Assembly (NCBI GenBank): GCA_035517575.1 | Contig: DATIYO010000012.1 | Location: forward strand, 1-61,701 | Length of the DNA: 61,701 nucleotides | Reading direction: 5' to 3' | Source: Methanomicrobiales archaeon | GTDB lineage: Archaea; Halobacteriota; Methanomicrobia; Methanomicrobiales; JACTUA01 | Shown here: positions 19,879 through 28,788 of the stretch, in pieces | Numbering within the stretch: position 1 is the stretch's first letter | Layout: each line of letters begins with the position of its first letter | The notes under the pieces: model-generated | The model's database searches: none | Told to the model about the DNA's origin: nothing | What the model saw: only the letters and a program-made list of their open reading frames with translations | Made by a program: the position numbers and the translations under genes

Positions 19879-21738
19879 ATGTGCGGCATCTGCGGGTTCG
19901 CCGGCTTCTCCGACGAGGGCCTCCTCAGTTCGATGGTGGACCTGCTCCGCCACCGCGGCCCCGACGACCGCGGGACCTGGTCCGACGGCACGGTCTCCCT
20001 CGGCCACTCCCGGCTCTCCATCGTGGACCTCTCCCCGCGGGGGCACCAGCCGCTCCCGAACGAGAACGGGGACGTCTGGATCACCTACAACGGCGAGATC
20101 TACAACCACCGGGCGCTCAGGCAGGCCCTCGCCGGCCACACCTTCTCCTCGCAGACCGACACCGAGGTGATCGTCCATGCCTACGAGGAGTACGGGCTCG
20201 CCTCCCTCGACCGGCTGCGGGGGATGTTCGCCTTCGCCCTCTGGGACGCCCGGAACCGGCGGCTCGTCCTCGCCCGCGACCCCCTCGGGAAGAAGCCTCT
20301 CTACTACTACCATGACGGCACCACCCTCGTCTTTGCCTCGGAGATGAAGGCGGTGGCGGCCGCCCTCGCGCCGCTCGGCATCGAAAAGACCATCGACCGG
20401 CTGGCGCTCTGCGGGTACCTGCGCAACCAGTACCTCCCCGGCGACCGGACCCTCATTTCGGGGATCCTCCGGCTCCCCCCTGCCTCGGTCATGACCTTCT
20501 CGACGGATTCGGGGGAGCTCTCCCTGTCCCGGTACTGGACCCTCCGGCCGGGAAGAGAGGAGGGGGACGAGGCGGCCATCGCGGCCCGGCTGCGGGCGGT
20601 CCTCGAGGAGGCGACCCGCCTCCGCATGATCGCCGACGTCCCCATCGGGGCCTTCCTCTCTGGAGGGATCGACTCGGGCGCCGTCACGGCGATCGCGAAG
20701 CGGGAGGTCGACTACGACTTCCACACCTTCACCGCCGGCTTCCGGGGTGCAGCGTCGGAGTACGCCCCCGCGGCAGAGGCATCCCGGTACCTGGGGACCA
20801 TCCACCACGAGGTGGACATCGACCCCGCGGAGGTGCTCGCGGAGTTCCCGGCCATCACCTGGCACTTCGACGAGCCGGTCGGCGACGCCGCGGTGATCGC
20901 GAACTACTTCCTCGCCCGTGAGGCGCGGAAGCAGGTGAAGGTGGTCCTCGCGGGCGAGGGCTCGGACGAGCTCTTCGGGGGCTACCCGAGCTACCGGCAG
21001 GGGGTGCGGTGGAGCCCCTGGTTCTCCCTTCCCCGGTTTCTCAGGCGCGGGCTGGACCGGGCCCTCTCGATTGCCCCGGGGAGCGGCGATCCCTTCCACA
21101 ACCGGGTCCTCGTGTATGGCCACTACCTGGGCCAGGACACTCTTGAGGCGGCCCAGGCCTGGGCCTGGCGGATCACCGGCATCACCGACGACGAGCTCCG
21201 GTGGCTGGGGAACCGGGATTGCGCCGCGGCCCGCGACCCCGTCCGCATGCCCGGGGGCTTCCGCGAGCCCCTGGACCGGGTGCTCGCCCTCGACTGCCTG
21301 AACCACCTCCCCGACCTCTACCTGATGAAGGGCGACAAGGCGACCATGGCCCACGCCGTGGAGGAGCGGCTCCCGATCCTGGACCGGGAACTCGTCGAGC
21401 TCGCCTTCCGCATCCCGCCGTCGCTGAAGATCCGGGGAGGGGTGGAGAAGTACATCTGGCGGCGGGTGGTTGCCGACCTGCTCCCGCGATCGCTCCTCAA
21501 CCGGCCCAAGCAGGGCTTCGGCGTCCCCTACCTCGCCTGGGTCAGGGGAGAGCTGAGGGAGGCGGTCGCACAAACGCTCGCCGGGAGCACCCTCGCGAGG
21601 AGGATCTTCCCGTCCGACCACCTCGGTAAGATCGAGCAGGGCTTCGCCCGGGCGGACTCCTCGCGCCCGGCCCTCATCGCCTGGAACCTCTTTGCCCTGG
21701 AGGCCTGGGGGAAGGCCTTCGGGCTCGGCCTCCCCTAG
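19879..21738 (+). CDS. Asparagine synthase (glutamine-hydrolysing) family amidotransferase
   Basis: MCGICGF provides the N-terminal nucleophile Cys. Other motifs are RGPDD and HQPL...WITYNGEIYN, and the PP-loop SGGIDSG. The protein is 619 aa, starts 1 nt after the GT4 gene and lies in a glycan context. Confidence 0.85.
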   Translation: MCGICGFAGFSDEGLLSSMVDLLRHRGPDDRGTWSDGTVSLGHSRLSIVDLSPRGHQPLPNENGDVWITYNGEIYNHRALRQALAGHTFSSQTDTEVIVHAYEEYGLASLDRLRGMFAFALWDARNRRLVLARDPLGKKPLYYYHDGTTLVFASEMKAVAAALAPLGIEKTIDRLALCGYLRNQYLPGDRTLISGILRLPPASVMTFSTDSGELSLSRYWTLRPGREEGDEAAIAARLRAVLEEATRLRMIADVPIGAFLSGGIDSGAVTAIAKREVDYDFHTFTAGFRGAASEYAPAAEASRYLGTIHHEVDIDPAEVLAEFPAITWHFDEPVGDAAVIANYFLAREARKQVKVVLAGEGSDELFGGYPSYRQGVRWSPWFSLPRFLRRGLDRALSIAPGSGDPFHNRVLVYGHYLGQDTLEAAQAWAWRITGITDDELRWLGNRDCAAARDPVRMPGGFREPLDRVLALDCLNHLPDLYLMKGDKATMAHAVEERLPILDRELVELAFRIPPSLKIRGGVEKYIWRRVVADLLPRSLLNRPKQGFGVPYLAWVRGELREAVAQTLAGSTLARRIFPSDHLGKIEQGFARADSSRPALIAWNLFALEAWGKAFGLGLP

Positions 21739-21754
21739 GCCCGGCCGACTCCTT

Positions 21755-23032
21755 TCAGAGACGCTGGTAGCCGGTGCCGAGGGAGCGGGCCGCCTCCCCG
21801 TCCACCATGCCCCTCACGTCGACGAGGACCGGCCGGCCCGAGAAAAGCCCCCGGATCTCCGAAAGGGTCATCCTCCGGAACTCGTCGTGGGCGACGGTGA
21901 TGATGATCGCGTCGAAGAACCCCTTCCTCCCGTCCCAGCGCCTGACCCCGAACCGGTCGAGGACGGACTCCGGGACGAGCGGGTCGTGCCCGTAGACCTC
22001 GACCCCGAACTCCCCGAGCTCCTTCACGATCCCCTCGACGGGGGATTCCCGGATGTCCGGGACGTTCTCCTTGTAGGTGAGCCCCATGACGAGCACCCGC
22101 GACCCCCTGATCACCTTGCCCGCGTCGTTCAGCCCACGCACGGCCATCCGGGCGACGTACGCGGGCATGGAGTCGTTGATGGCCCGGCCGGCGAGGATCA
22201 CCTGCGGGTGGTAGCCCCGCTCCTGGGCGCAGGCGACCAGGTAGTAGGGGTCGACGGGGATGCAGTGCCCGCCGACGAGCCCGGGGGTGAAGGGGATGAA
22301 GTTCCACTTCGTGCCCGCGGCCGCGAGCACCTCGCGGGTGTCGAGATCGAGGAGGTGGAAGATGATCGCGAGCTCGTTCATGAGCGCGATGTTTAAGTCC
22401 CGCTGGATGTTCTCGATGACCTTCGCCGCCTCGGCGATCCGGATGTTCCGCACGGGGAACACCTTCGCGATGCGGCCGTAGACCCGGGCGAGGTCGCCCG
22501 TGGTCTTCTCGTCCATGCCGGCCACGACCTTCACGACGGTGGCAAGGTCGTGGGTGGGGTCGCCGGGGTTGATCCGCTCCGGCGAGTAGCCGATCCGGAA
22601 CCCGTCGCCGCAGGCGAGCCCGGACTCGCGCTCCAGGACTTCCCGCAGGATCCCCTCGGTGACCCCCGGGTAGACCGTGGACTCGAGCACCACCGTCGCG
22701 CCGCGCTTCAGGTGCCGGCCCACGATCGCCGCCGCCGAACAGACCGGCCCGAGATCCGGCTGCTTCGCCGCCGTGACCGGCGTGGGGACGCAGATGAAGA
22801 GGTAATCGGCCTCGCCGAGCCGGGCGGGGTCGGTGGTGGCCTCAATCTGCGGGTGGGTCCGGGCGACCTCCCGGATCCTCGCTGCGTCGATGTCGAACCC
22901 GAGGGTCGGGAATTCGCGGGCAAAGGCGGCGGCGAGGGGGAGGCCGACGTACCCGAGGCCGACGACGGCGAGGACCGGTCCCGGCCCCGCACCCTCCCCC
23001 TTCGCGCCCTTCTTCACTTTTTCATGTACCAT
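21755..23032 (-). CDS. Nucleotide-sugar (UDP-GlcNAc/ManNAc-type) 6-dehydrogenase, TviB/WbpO-like
   Basis: This is track ORF 21755..23227, trimmed to ATG 23032 (MVHEKVKKG...). Motifs are LAVVGLGYVGLPLAAAF and the catalytic GGHCIPVDPYYL. The protein has the UDPG_MGDP_dh three-domain length. Confidence 0.8.
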   Translation of the reverse strand: MVHEKVKKGAKGEGAGPGPVLAVVGLGYVGLPLAAAFAREFPTLGFDIDAARIREVARTHPQIEATTDPARLGEADYLFICVPTPVTAAKQPDLGPVCSAAAIVGRHLKRGATVVLESTVYPGVTEGILREVLERESGLACGDGFRIGYSPERINPGDPTHDLATVVKVVAGMDEKTTGDLARVYGRIAKVFPVRNIRIAEAAKVIENIQRDLNIALMNELAIIFHLLDLDTREVLAAAGTKWNFIPFTPGLVGGHCIPVDPYYLVACAQERGYHPQVILAGRAINDSMPAYVARMAVRGLNDAGKVIRGSRVLVMGLTYKENVPDIRESPVEGIVKELGEFGVEVYGHDPLVPESVLDRFGVRRWDGRKGFFDAIIITVAHDEFRRMTLSEIRGLFSGRPVLVDVRGMVDGEAARSLGTGYQRL

Positions 23033-23940
23033 GGGACAGTCTCCCGAAGCCCGGTTCTCAGGGTGTACCCGGGCGCATACTTCAGCCTCTCCCGCGCCGC
23101 CGAGATGTCGGCGAGGGAGTCCCGGATGTCCCCCGGGCGGGGCGGTTCGTGGCGGATCGGGACCTCCCTCCCCGCGATCTCCATGACGGCCTTCGCGAGG
23201 GCGAGGACGGAGTTCCGCTCGCCGCACGCGAGGTTGAAGGTCCCCCGGGCCCCCGACCCCATGGCCTTCAGGTTCCCCTGGACCACGTCCTTCACGTAGG
23301 TGAAGTCCCGCGTCTGCCCGCCATCGCCGTGGATCACGATGGGCTCGCCGCGGAGGACCCGGGTGATGAAGAGGGGGATGACGGCCGCGTACGGGGAGTC
23401 GGGGTCCTGGCGGGGGCCGAAGACGTTGAAGTACCGGAGCGAGACCGTCCGGAGGCCGTACAGCTCCGAGAAGACCCGCAGGTAGTGCTCCCCCGCGAGC
23501 TTGGAGACGGCGTAGGGGGACTTCGGCACGGGGGGCATGTCCTCGCGCTTGGGGAGGACGGGGGACTCCCCGTAGACCGACGACGACGAGGCGAACACCA
23601 CGGCCTTCACGCCGGCGTCACGAGCCGCGACGAGCACCCGCAGGGTCCCTGCCACGTTCGCCTCGTTCGTGGCATCGGGATCCTTCACCGAGCGGAGCAC
23701 CGAGACGAGGGCCGCCTGGTGGAAGACCCCGTCGACCCCCTCCATGCAGGCCTTCAGGAGAGCGGGATCGGTGACCGACCCCCTGACGAGTTCCGCCCTG
23801 CCCTGCCCGACGAGGTGCCTTATGTTCCCTTCCTTTCCCGTGGCGAGGTTGTCGAGGATGACCAGCTCGTGGGCCCCCGCGAGAGAGTCGGCGAGGTGGG
23901 AACCGATGAACCCCGCCCCGCCGGTGATCAGGTACTTCAT
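23014..23940 (-). CDS. NAD-dependent nucleotide-sugar 4-epimerase (WbpP/TviC-like extended SDR)
   Basis: Motifs are MKYLITGGAGFIGSH, SSSSVYG, YAVSKLAGE and RYFNVFGPRQDP. Its 3' end overlaps the dehydrogenase start by 19 nt. Confidence 0.8.
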   Translation of the reverse strand: MKYLITGGAGFIGSHLADSLAGAHELVILDNLATGKEGNIRHLVGQGRAELVRGSVTDPALLKACMEGVDGVFHQAALVSVLRSVKDPDATNEANVAGTLRVLVAARDAGVKAVVFASSSSVYGESPVLPKREDMPPVPKSPYAVSKLAGEHYLRVFSELYGLRTVSLRYFNVFGPRQDPDSPYAAVIPLFITRVLRGEPIVIHGDGGQTRDFTYVKDVVQGNLKAMGSGARGTFNLACGERNSVLALAKAVMEIAGREVPIRHEPPRPGDIRDSLADISAARERLKYAPGYTLRTGLRETVPWYMKK

Positions 23941-24060
23941 AGATGCGAGCGGCTCACCTCACGCGCCCCCGGGAACGATTCCCCTGCATTCTATTTGGAA
24001 CGGAGGCTATATATGCGATTCCCCTCCGGACCGGCCCGCCCGGCACGTCGGAGATCCCGG

Positions 24061-24771
24061 TCATCGGGCCGGCTCCCCTCGCGTCCCCTCCCGTTCCGCG
24101 ATGGCCGTGACAGGTACCCCGTCGAGCCGTTCGAGGATCCACGGGTACACCCGGAGCGACCAGCCTCCCCCGTTCAGGCGTGGATCCGAAAGGTCGACGT
24201 CCTCCATGAGGAGGACCGGCGGCGAGGCGCAGAGGAAGGCACGGTGGCACGACCTCCCCTCCTCGCGGTGCAAGGGGGAGGAGACCGAGACCGTGTCCAC
24301 ACCGAAAAGCCCGAGGGAGGGGGCGTGTTCCCTGAGCACGTCCGGGACCGACGGGTGGATCCAGGGATGCACACCGGCGTAGCCCTCCGGATCACGGCTT
24401 CTCCGCAGGCAGTCCCCCGTGCGGATGATGACCGCCTGAGCCTCGTGGAGGTCCCTGAGGAAGGGTTCGAGCCCGCCTCCCGTGACGCAGCCGTCGCCCT
24501 CGACGGGGATCGGGAGGATGACCGTGGGGGCGAACACGTTCTCGGCCCCGAGGAGGTCGGATATCCCCGCCCCGCCCGGGCAGAAGTGGAGGGGGGCGTC
24601 GAGGTGGGTCCCCGAGTGGGTGTGGAGGCTCACGATCTCCGACGAAGATGAATCTCCTCTCTCGATGGACCGGTACGGCGCCCTCGTCGCGGCCGGCGTG
24701 CCGGGGTACAGGGGAGATCCCGCTTCGAGGGGATGGGAGATCCGGATCAGCACGGTGACCCCTCCAGCCAC
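24061..24771 (-). CDS. Cyclase family protein (kynurenine-formamidase-like metal hydrolase)
   Basis: The HTHSGTHLDAPLHF motif is present. The start is uncertain: GTG 24771 overlaps the HAD gene by 25 nt and GTG 24753 overlaps it by 7 nt. Confidence 0.65.
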   Translation of the reverse strand: MAGGVTVLIRISHPLEAGSPLYPGTPAATRAPYRSIERGDSSSSEIVSLHTHSGTHLDAPLHFCPGGAGISDLLGAENVFAPTVILPIPVEGDGCVTGGGLEPFLRDLHEAQAVIIRTGDCLRRSRDPEGYAGVHPWIHPSVPDVLREHAPSLGLFGVDTVSVSSPLHREEGRSCHRAFLCASPPVLLMEDVDLSDPRLNGGGWSLRVYPWILERLDGVPVTAIAEREGTRGEPAR

Positions 24772-25412
24772 TTCGCGAGACCGGCGAGGTCCCTCACCAC
24801 GGCCTCGACCCCTTCCTCCCCCTCGAACCGCCCGGGGTCATCCGGCGGCTGCCTGCCCACGAACCTGACCCCGCTCGCCCTCGCGGCGTTCAGGTCGTTC
24901 ACCGCGTCGCCGACAAAGAGGGTCTCCCTGCCGCTCGCGCCGGTCTTTCCCCTGATGTCCCCGATGGCGTCGGTCTTCTTCGTGGGCGCCCCGTAGACCC
25001 CCCTGAAATGTGCCTCGAGCCCCCGCCGCCGGATGATGGACCGCAGCTCCTCTTCGGGCGTCGCCGAGACCACGAAGATCGGGAGCCGGCGTGAGAAGGC
25101 CGCGAGGAACTCCTCTGCACCGGGGACGAACGCTGAGGCGATCACGCCGTCCACCACGAGTCCCGCGTACCGGTCCGAGAGGAAAGTGAATTGCTCGTCG
25201 GAGAGGGGCTCCTTCAGGATCTCGCGGTAGATGTACCGGAACTTGTCGAACCGGGAGACGCCGGTGTTCCGCCGGTGGTACTCCACGATCTCGTCGACGT
25301 GTTCCGGCACGAAGGAGAAGAGGGTCCGGAAGGCCGCGGTCTTCACCCCGACCGACTCGAGGACGACGCCGTCGAAGTCGAGGACGAGGACCGAGACCGA
25401 TCTCAACGGCAT
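24747..25412 (-). CDS. HAD-superfamily hydrolase/phosphatase
   Basis: This is track ORF 24747..25496, trimmed to ATG 25412 (MPLRSVSVLVLDFDGVV). Motif I is DFDG, motif II is VVSATP and motif IV is GDAVNDL. Confidence 0.75.
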   Translation of the reverse strand: MPLRSVSVLVLDFDGVVLESVGVKTAAFRTLFSFVPEHVDEIVEYHRRNTGVSRFDKFRYIYREILKEPLSDEQFTFLSDRYAGLVVDGVIASAFVPGAEEFLAAFSRRLPIFVVSATPEEELRSIIRRRGLEAHFRGVYGAPTKKTDAIGDIRGKTGASGRETLFVGDAVNDLNAARASGVRFVGRQPPDDPGRFEGEEGVEAVVRDLAGLAKWLEGSPC

Positions 25413-26203
25413 GGGGCGACCAGCCTGCCCTTCCCGGGATCTCCCGGGTCCGGTTCCTTCCTGACGAGGTGGCAGAGGTAGAACCGGCGGAAGCACCCGC
25501 AGAACATGTCCGGCTCGCGGAAGACCGACCAGAGAGAGATGACGAGCCGGTCGAGCGCCCCCCCGCCGCCGCCGAGCACCGTGGCGACCCGGTCCCGCTC
25601 GATCTCGAAGGGCGTGTGGGTCACGATCTCCCGGAAATCGGGCACGGAGAACTCGAAGATGTGGTGCTGCGCGGCCGGCCGGCCGGGATCGTACCGTTCG
25701 CCGTGGATGGCGGTCCTCCCGACGAGGGGGATGGAGAGGACGAGCGATCGCTTCGTGACCCGGCCGATCTCCCGCAGCACCCGGATCGGGTCAGGGACAT
25801 GCTCCAGGGTCTCGAAGAGGAGCACCACGTCGACGGAGTCGTCGCGGAAGGGGAGAGACCCGATGTCCGCCTGAAGGGTCTCCAGGCCGCGGGCCCGGAG
25901 GGACCTGACCGCGGGGCCGCTCAGGTTCACCCCGATCCCCTTCTTTCCCAGGGACCTGAGGAAGATCCCGTTCGTGTCCCCCAGGTCGACGACCGTGCCG
26001 CTCACCCCTCCGGGGAAGACCTCGCGGATGAACCTGATCCGGTCAAGGGTGAAGCTCCTGGCCACGTTCTGGAGCCCGGGATCGTCCAGGTCCAGGTCCC
26101 CGTAATGTCGGCGCTCGTCCTCGCCGGTGACGAGGGCCCGGGTCTCAGCATCGGCAGCGGCGAGCTTGGCCTCGAGGATCCGGCTCGCATTCCGCTCCCG
26201 CAC
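25403..26203 (-). CDS. Class I SAM-dependent methyltransferase
   Basis: VVDLGDTNG is motif I-like, and VDVVLLFETLEHVPDP is the Methyltransf_11 post-I region. The protein is 266 aa. Confidence 0.6.
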   Translation of the reverse strand: MRERNASRILEAKLAAADAETRALVTGEDERRHYGDLDLDDPGLQNVARSFTLDRIRFIREVFPGGVSGTVVDLGDTNGIFLRSLGKKGIGVNLSGPAVRSLRARGLETLQADIGSLPFRDDSVDVVLLFETLEHVPDPIRVLREIGRVTKRSLVLSIPLVGRTAIHGERYDPGRPAAQHHIFEFSVPDFREIVTHTPFEIERDRVATVLGGGGGALDRLVISLWSVFREPDMFCGCFRRFYLCHLVRKEPDPGDPGKGRLVAPCR

Positions 26204-26318
26204 CCTCGAGAGGAACCGCCGGGCAAACCCTGGCGAGCTTCCGGAAGACGACAGGCCGGGCGGGAGATCCCCTGTCCGTCCCCCTGAAGGTTCCCCGCCC
26301 GGAACGGACGCGGTTATC

Positions 26319-27068
26319 TCAATCTCCCCCGGTGACCCCGTAGACCTGGCCCGTGATGTAGTCCCCGCACTCGGACGCGAGGAAGAGGCAGAGCCGTGCC
26401 ACGTCGAGGGGCGTCCCGGCCCGGCCGAGGGGGATGGACTTCACCCGGCCCTCGAGCGACGTCCGGCCGATCTTCCGGTGGAAGTCGGTGTCGATGACGC
26501 CCGGCTGGATGGCGTTCGCGAGGATCCCGTGCTTCGCCCCGGCCCGGGCGAGGGTCTTTGTCATCGCCTCGACGCCCGCCTTCGCGGCGCCGTAGTGGAG
26601 GGTCTCCTCCGAGCCCCCGTACTTCGCGGCGATGGAGCTCAGGCTGATGATCCTGCCCCCGCCGTGGTCCTTCATGTGCCGGAAGGCGGCCTGGGCGAGG
26701 AAGAAGGGGGCCGCGAGGTCGAGGGCCAGGGTCTCGTCCCACGAGGCCCGGTCCAGCTCCAGGAAGTGGGGATGGCGCAGGACGGCCCCTGCGTTGTTCA
26801 CCAGGACCTCGATCCCGCCCGCCTCGTCGATGAAATGCGGGACGAGGGCCGAGCACGCGTCAGGGTCCGTCAGGTCTGCCTGAAGGAGGATCGCCTCCCC
26901 GCCGTTCTTCCGGATCCTCGCCCGGACCTCTTGTGCGCCCTCAACGCTCGCGTGGTGGTGGATCCCGACGACCGCGCCGTGTTCCCCGAAGAGCTCCGCG
27001 ATGCAGGCCCCGATCCCCGACCCCGCGCCCGAGACGAGCACCCGCTTTCCCCTGATTGCCTCGAACAT
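26319..27068 (-). CDS. Classical short-chain dehydrogenase/reductase (PtmA/FabG-like)
   Basis: The tail of track ORF 26319..27494 starts at ATG 27068. Motifs are KRVLVSGAGSGIG, NNAG and SS...YGAAK. The protein is 249 aa. Confidence 0.8.
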   Translation of the reverse strand: MFEAIRGKRVLVSGAGSGIGACIAELFGEHGAVVGIHHHASVEGAQEVRARIRKNGGEAILLQADLTDPDACSALVPHFIDEAGGIEVLVNNAGAVLRHPHFLELDRASWDETLALDLAAPFFLAQAAFRHMKDHGGGRIISLSSIAAKYGGSEETLHYGAAKAGVEAMTKTLARAGAKHGILANAIQPGVIDTDFHRKIGRTSLEGRVKSIPLGRAGTPLDVARLCLFLASECGDYITGQVYGVTGGD

Positions 27069-27070
27069 GC

Positions 27071-27814
27071 CTATTCCGCCTCCCGGTACCCGTGGCTCCC
27101 GAGCCAGAACCCGGCCTGGGGGATCTGCCACTCGTAGTCGATGTCGAGCCCGCCCCACTGCTTCAGGGGGTAGATCCGGCGGCCCATCCATTTCTGGGGG
27201 AGGAGCCCCTCCTCGAGGTGCTCGAGGTTCGCGGGCCGGACGATGGAGACCCCCATGTCGGCGAACCAGACGTCCCCCTGCGAGTCCCGGTCGCAGTTCA
27301 GGGTGCGGGGGTCGCCGAAGGCCTCGAAGGGGACGAAGGGGTGGAGGAGGCCGTCCTCCCCGATCCGCCTCGCCCGGAGCGGGCTGTACATGTTGTACCG
27401 CGAGACGCTCACCGCAGAGTCGTACTCCGGGTGCGCCCGGAGCACCCCGATCCCCTCGTCGATGAGGTCCGCGGTGATGGTCGGGGCGTTGCACATGAGG
27501 AGGACGAGCAGCTCGACGGAGTCGCCCTTCCCGAGCCCTGCCCGGATCTCCCTGTAGCCGTGGACGAAGACGTCCTCGCCGAGGGAGGCCGGGGTGCAGA
27601 GCCCGGCGGGCCGGTCGATGATCCGGGCGCCGTGGGACCGGCTGATCTCCTTGATCCGGGGGGAGTCGGTGGAGACGTAGATCGCGTCGACCCCGCGGGC
27701 ACCCTTTGCCGCGAGCAGGGGGTACTCCATCAGGGGCCTCCCGAGCACGGGGTAGACGTTCTTCCCCGGGAACCCCACGCTCCCCTCCCTCCCGATGAGG
27801 AGCGCCGCTATCAT
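27071..27814 (-). CDS. Acylneuraminate (CMP-nonulosonate/ulosonate) cytidylyltransferase family protein, NeuA/PtmB-like
   Basis: The tail of track ORF 27071..27985 starts at ATG 27814 (ATGA overlap). The sequence reads MIAALLIGREGSVGFPGKNVYPVLGRPLMEYPL...IYVSTDSPRIKEISRSHGARIIDRP. Confidence 0.7.
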   Translation of the reverse strand: MIAALLIGREGSVGFPGKNVYPVLGRPLMEYPLLAAKGARGVDAIYVSTDSPRIKEISRSHGARIIDRPAGLCTPASLGEDVFVHGYREIRAGLGKGDSVELLVLLMCNAPTITADLIDEGIGVLRAHPEYDSAVSVSRYNMYSPLRARRIGEDGLLHPFVPFEAFGDPRTLNCDRDSQGDVWFADMGVSIVRPANLEHLEEGLLPQKWMGRRIYPLKQWGGLDIDYEWQIPQAGFWLGSHGYREAE

Positions 27815-28788
27815 GCCCCGCCCCGCGCGAGCTTGCTGACCTCGTTCTCCCTGAGCGGGCACCGGTCGCAGGCGGGGATCTCGTGGGCCTTCCCCGTGCG
27901 GTGCAGGCACCGGAAGTCCTCCTCGCGGGCGCTCCGCCAGGCGTCCTCTATCGTCATGTCGAGGACGTTCCCGAAACTCATCCACTCGTAGATGTCATGG
28001 ACGCAGGGGAGGATCTTCCCGTCCCAGGTGATGGTCATCCGCTGCCAGAGCTGGGGGCAGGCCCAGTCCGAGACGATCCCGCGGTGGTCGGGGTTCCCCT
28101 CCTCGTCCTTCATGTCCAGGTACGCGACCTCGTCGGCGCGGGGGGCCCAGAAGGCGGCGTACTCCTTCTCGCGCCCCGCGAGCTCGGGGACGAGCACCGT
28201 CTGGATCCTGACGAGGGGCTTCGCCGACCCGAGCTCCTCCTTCACCCGCTTCAGGGTCTCGATGTTCCCGACGACCTGCTCGAACCGTGCCCCGACCCGG
28301 TAGCTCTCGTACACCGGCTTCTCGAACCCCTCGAAGGAGATGGAGATCCGGTCCAGGCCTGCATCGACGAGGGCCCGGATCACGGGCTCGGTGAGCCGCA
28401 CGGCGTTCGTGTTGAAGTACACGTCCAGGACCCCCGCGTCCTTCGCGTACCTCACCATCCTGGGGAGATCGGGGTGGAGGAGCGGCTCGCCCCGGAAGGT
28501 GAACTTGAGCGAGGGGAGGGCGTTCCTGCCCGCCTCGTCGAGGACCTTCTTCCAGACCTGCTCCTCCATGAACCCCGCCCGGTACCGGTTGTGGGTCGTC
28601 GCGCAGAAGGGGCAGCGGAGGTTGCAGGTGGAGTTCGTCTCGATGTCCAGGTGGAGCGGGAACTCCCCGACGTGGAAGGTCCCGGGCCACTCCTTCCACT
28701 TCCGGCGGTACTCGCGGTAGCGGGCGTCCTCCCGGTCCACCACGCTCTTCCCGCCGATGGTGTGGAAGTTCGCGTCCACCTCGATCAT
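27811..28788 (-). CDS. Radical SAM protein with a SPASM/twitch-like C-terminal domain
   Basis: This is the C-terminal 325 aa of track ORF 27811..29712, starting at ATG 28788. The radical-SAM CX3CX2C motif CNLRCPFC lies at nt 28603-28626. The auxiliary-cluster motif CPQLWQRMTITWDGKILPC (Cx12Gx4C) and a terminal CDRC follow. Confidence 0.85.
   Translation of the reverse strand: MIEVDANFHTIGGKSVVDREDARYREYRRKWKEWPGTFHVGEFPLHLDIETNSTCNLRCPFCATTHNRYRAGFMEEQVWKKVLDEAGRNALPSLKFTFRGEPLLHPDLPRMVRYAKDAGVLDVYFNTNAVRLTEPVIRALVDAGLDRISISFEGFEKPVYESYRVGARFEQVVGNIETLKRVKEELGSAKPLVRIQTVLVPELAGREKEYAAFWAPRADEVAYLDMKDEEGNPDHRGIVSDWACPQLWQRMTITWDGKILPCVHDIYEWMSFGNVLDMTIEDAWRSAREEDFRCLHRTGKAHEIPACDRCPLRENEVSKLARGGA

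Noticed and set aside
26250-26318. An imperfect inverted repeat (GTCCGT...ACGGAC) in the 115-nt gap between the SDR gene and the methyltransferase gene.
   Set aside because: Only 6-7 bp pair and there is no T-tract. This is insufficient to call a terminator or regulatory hairpin.
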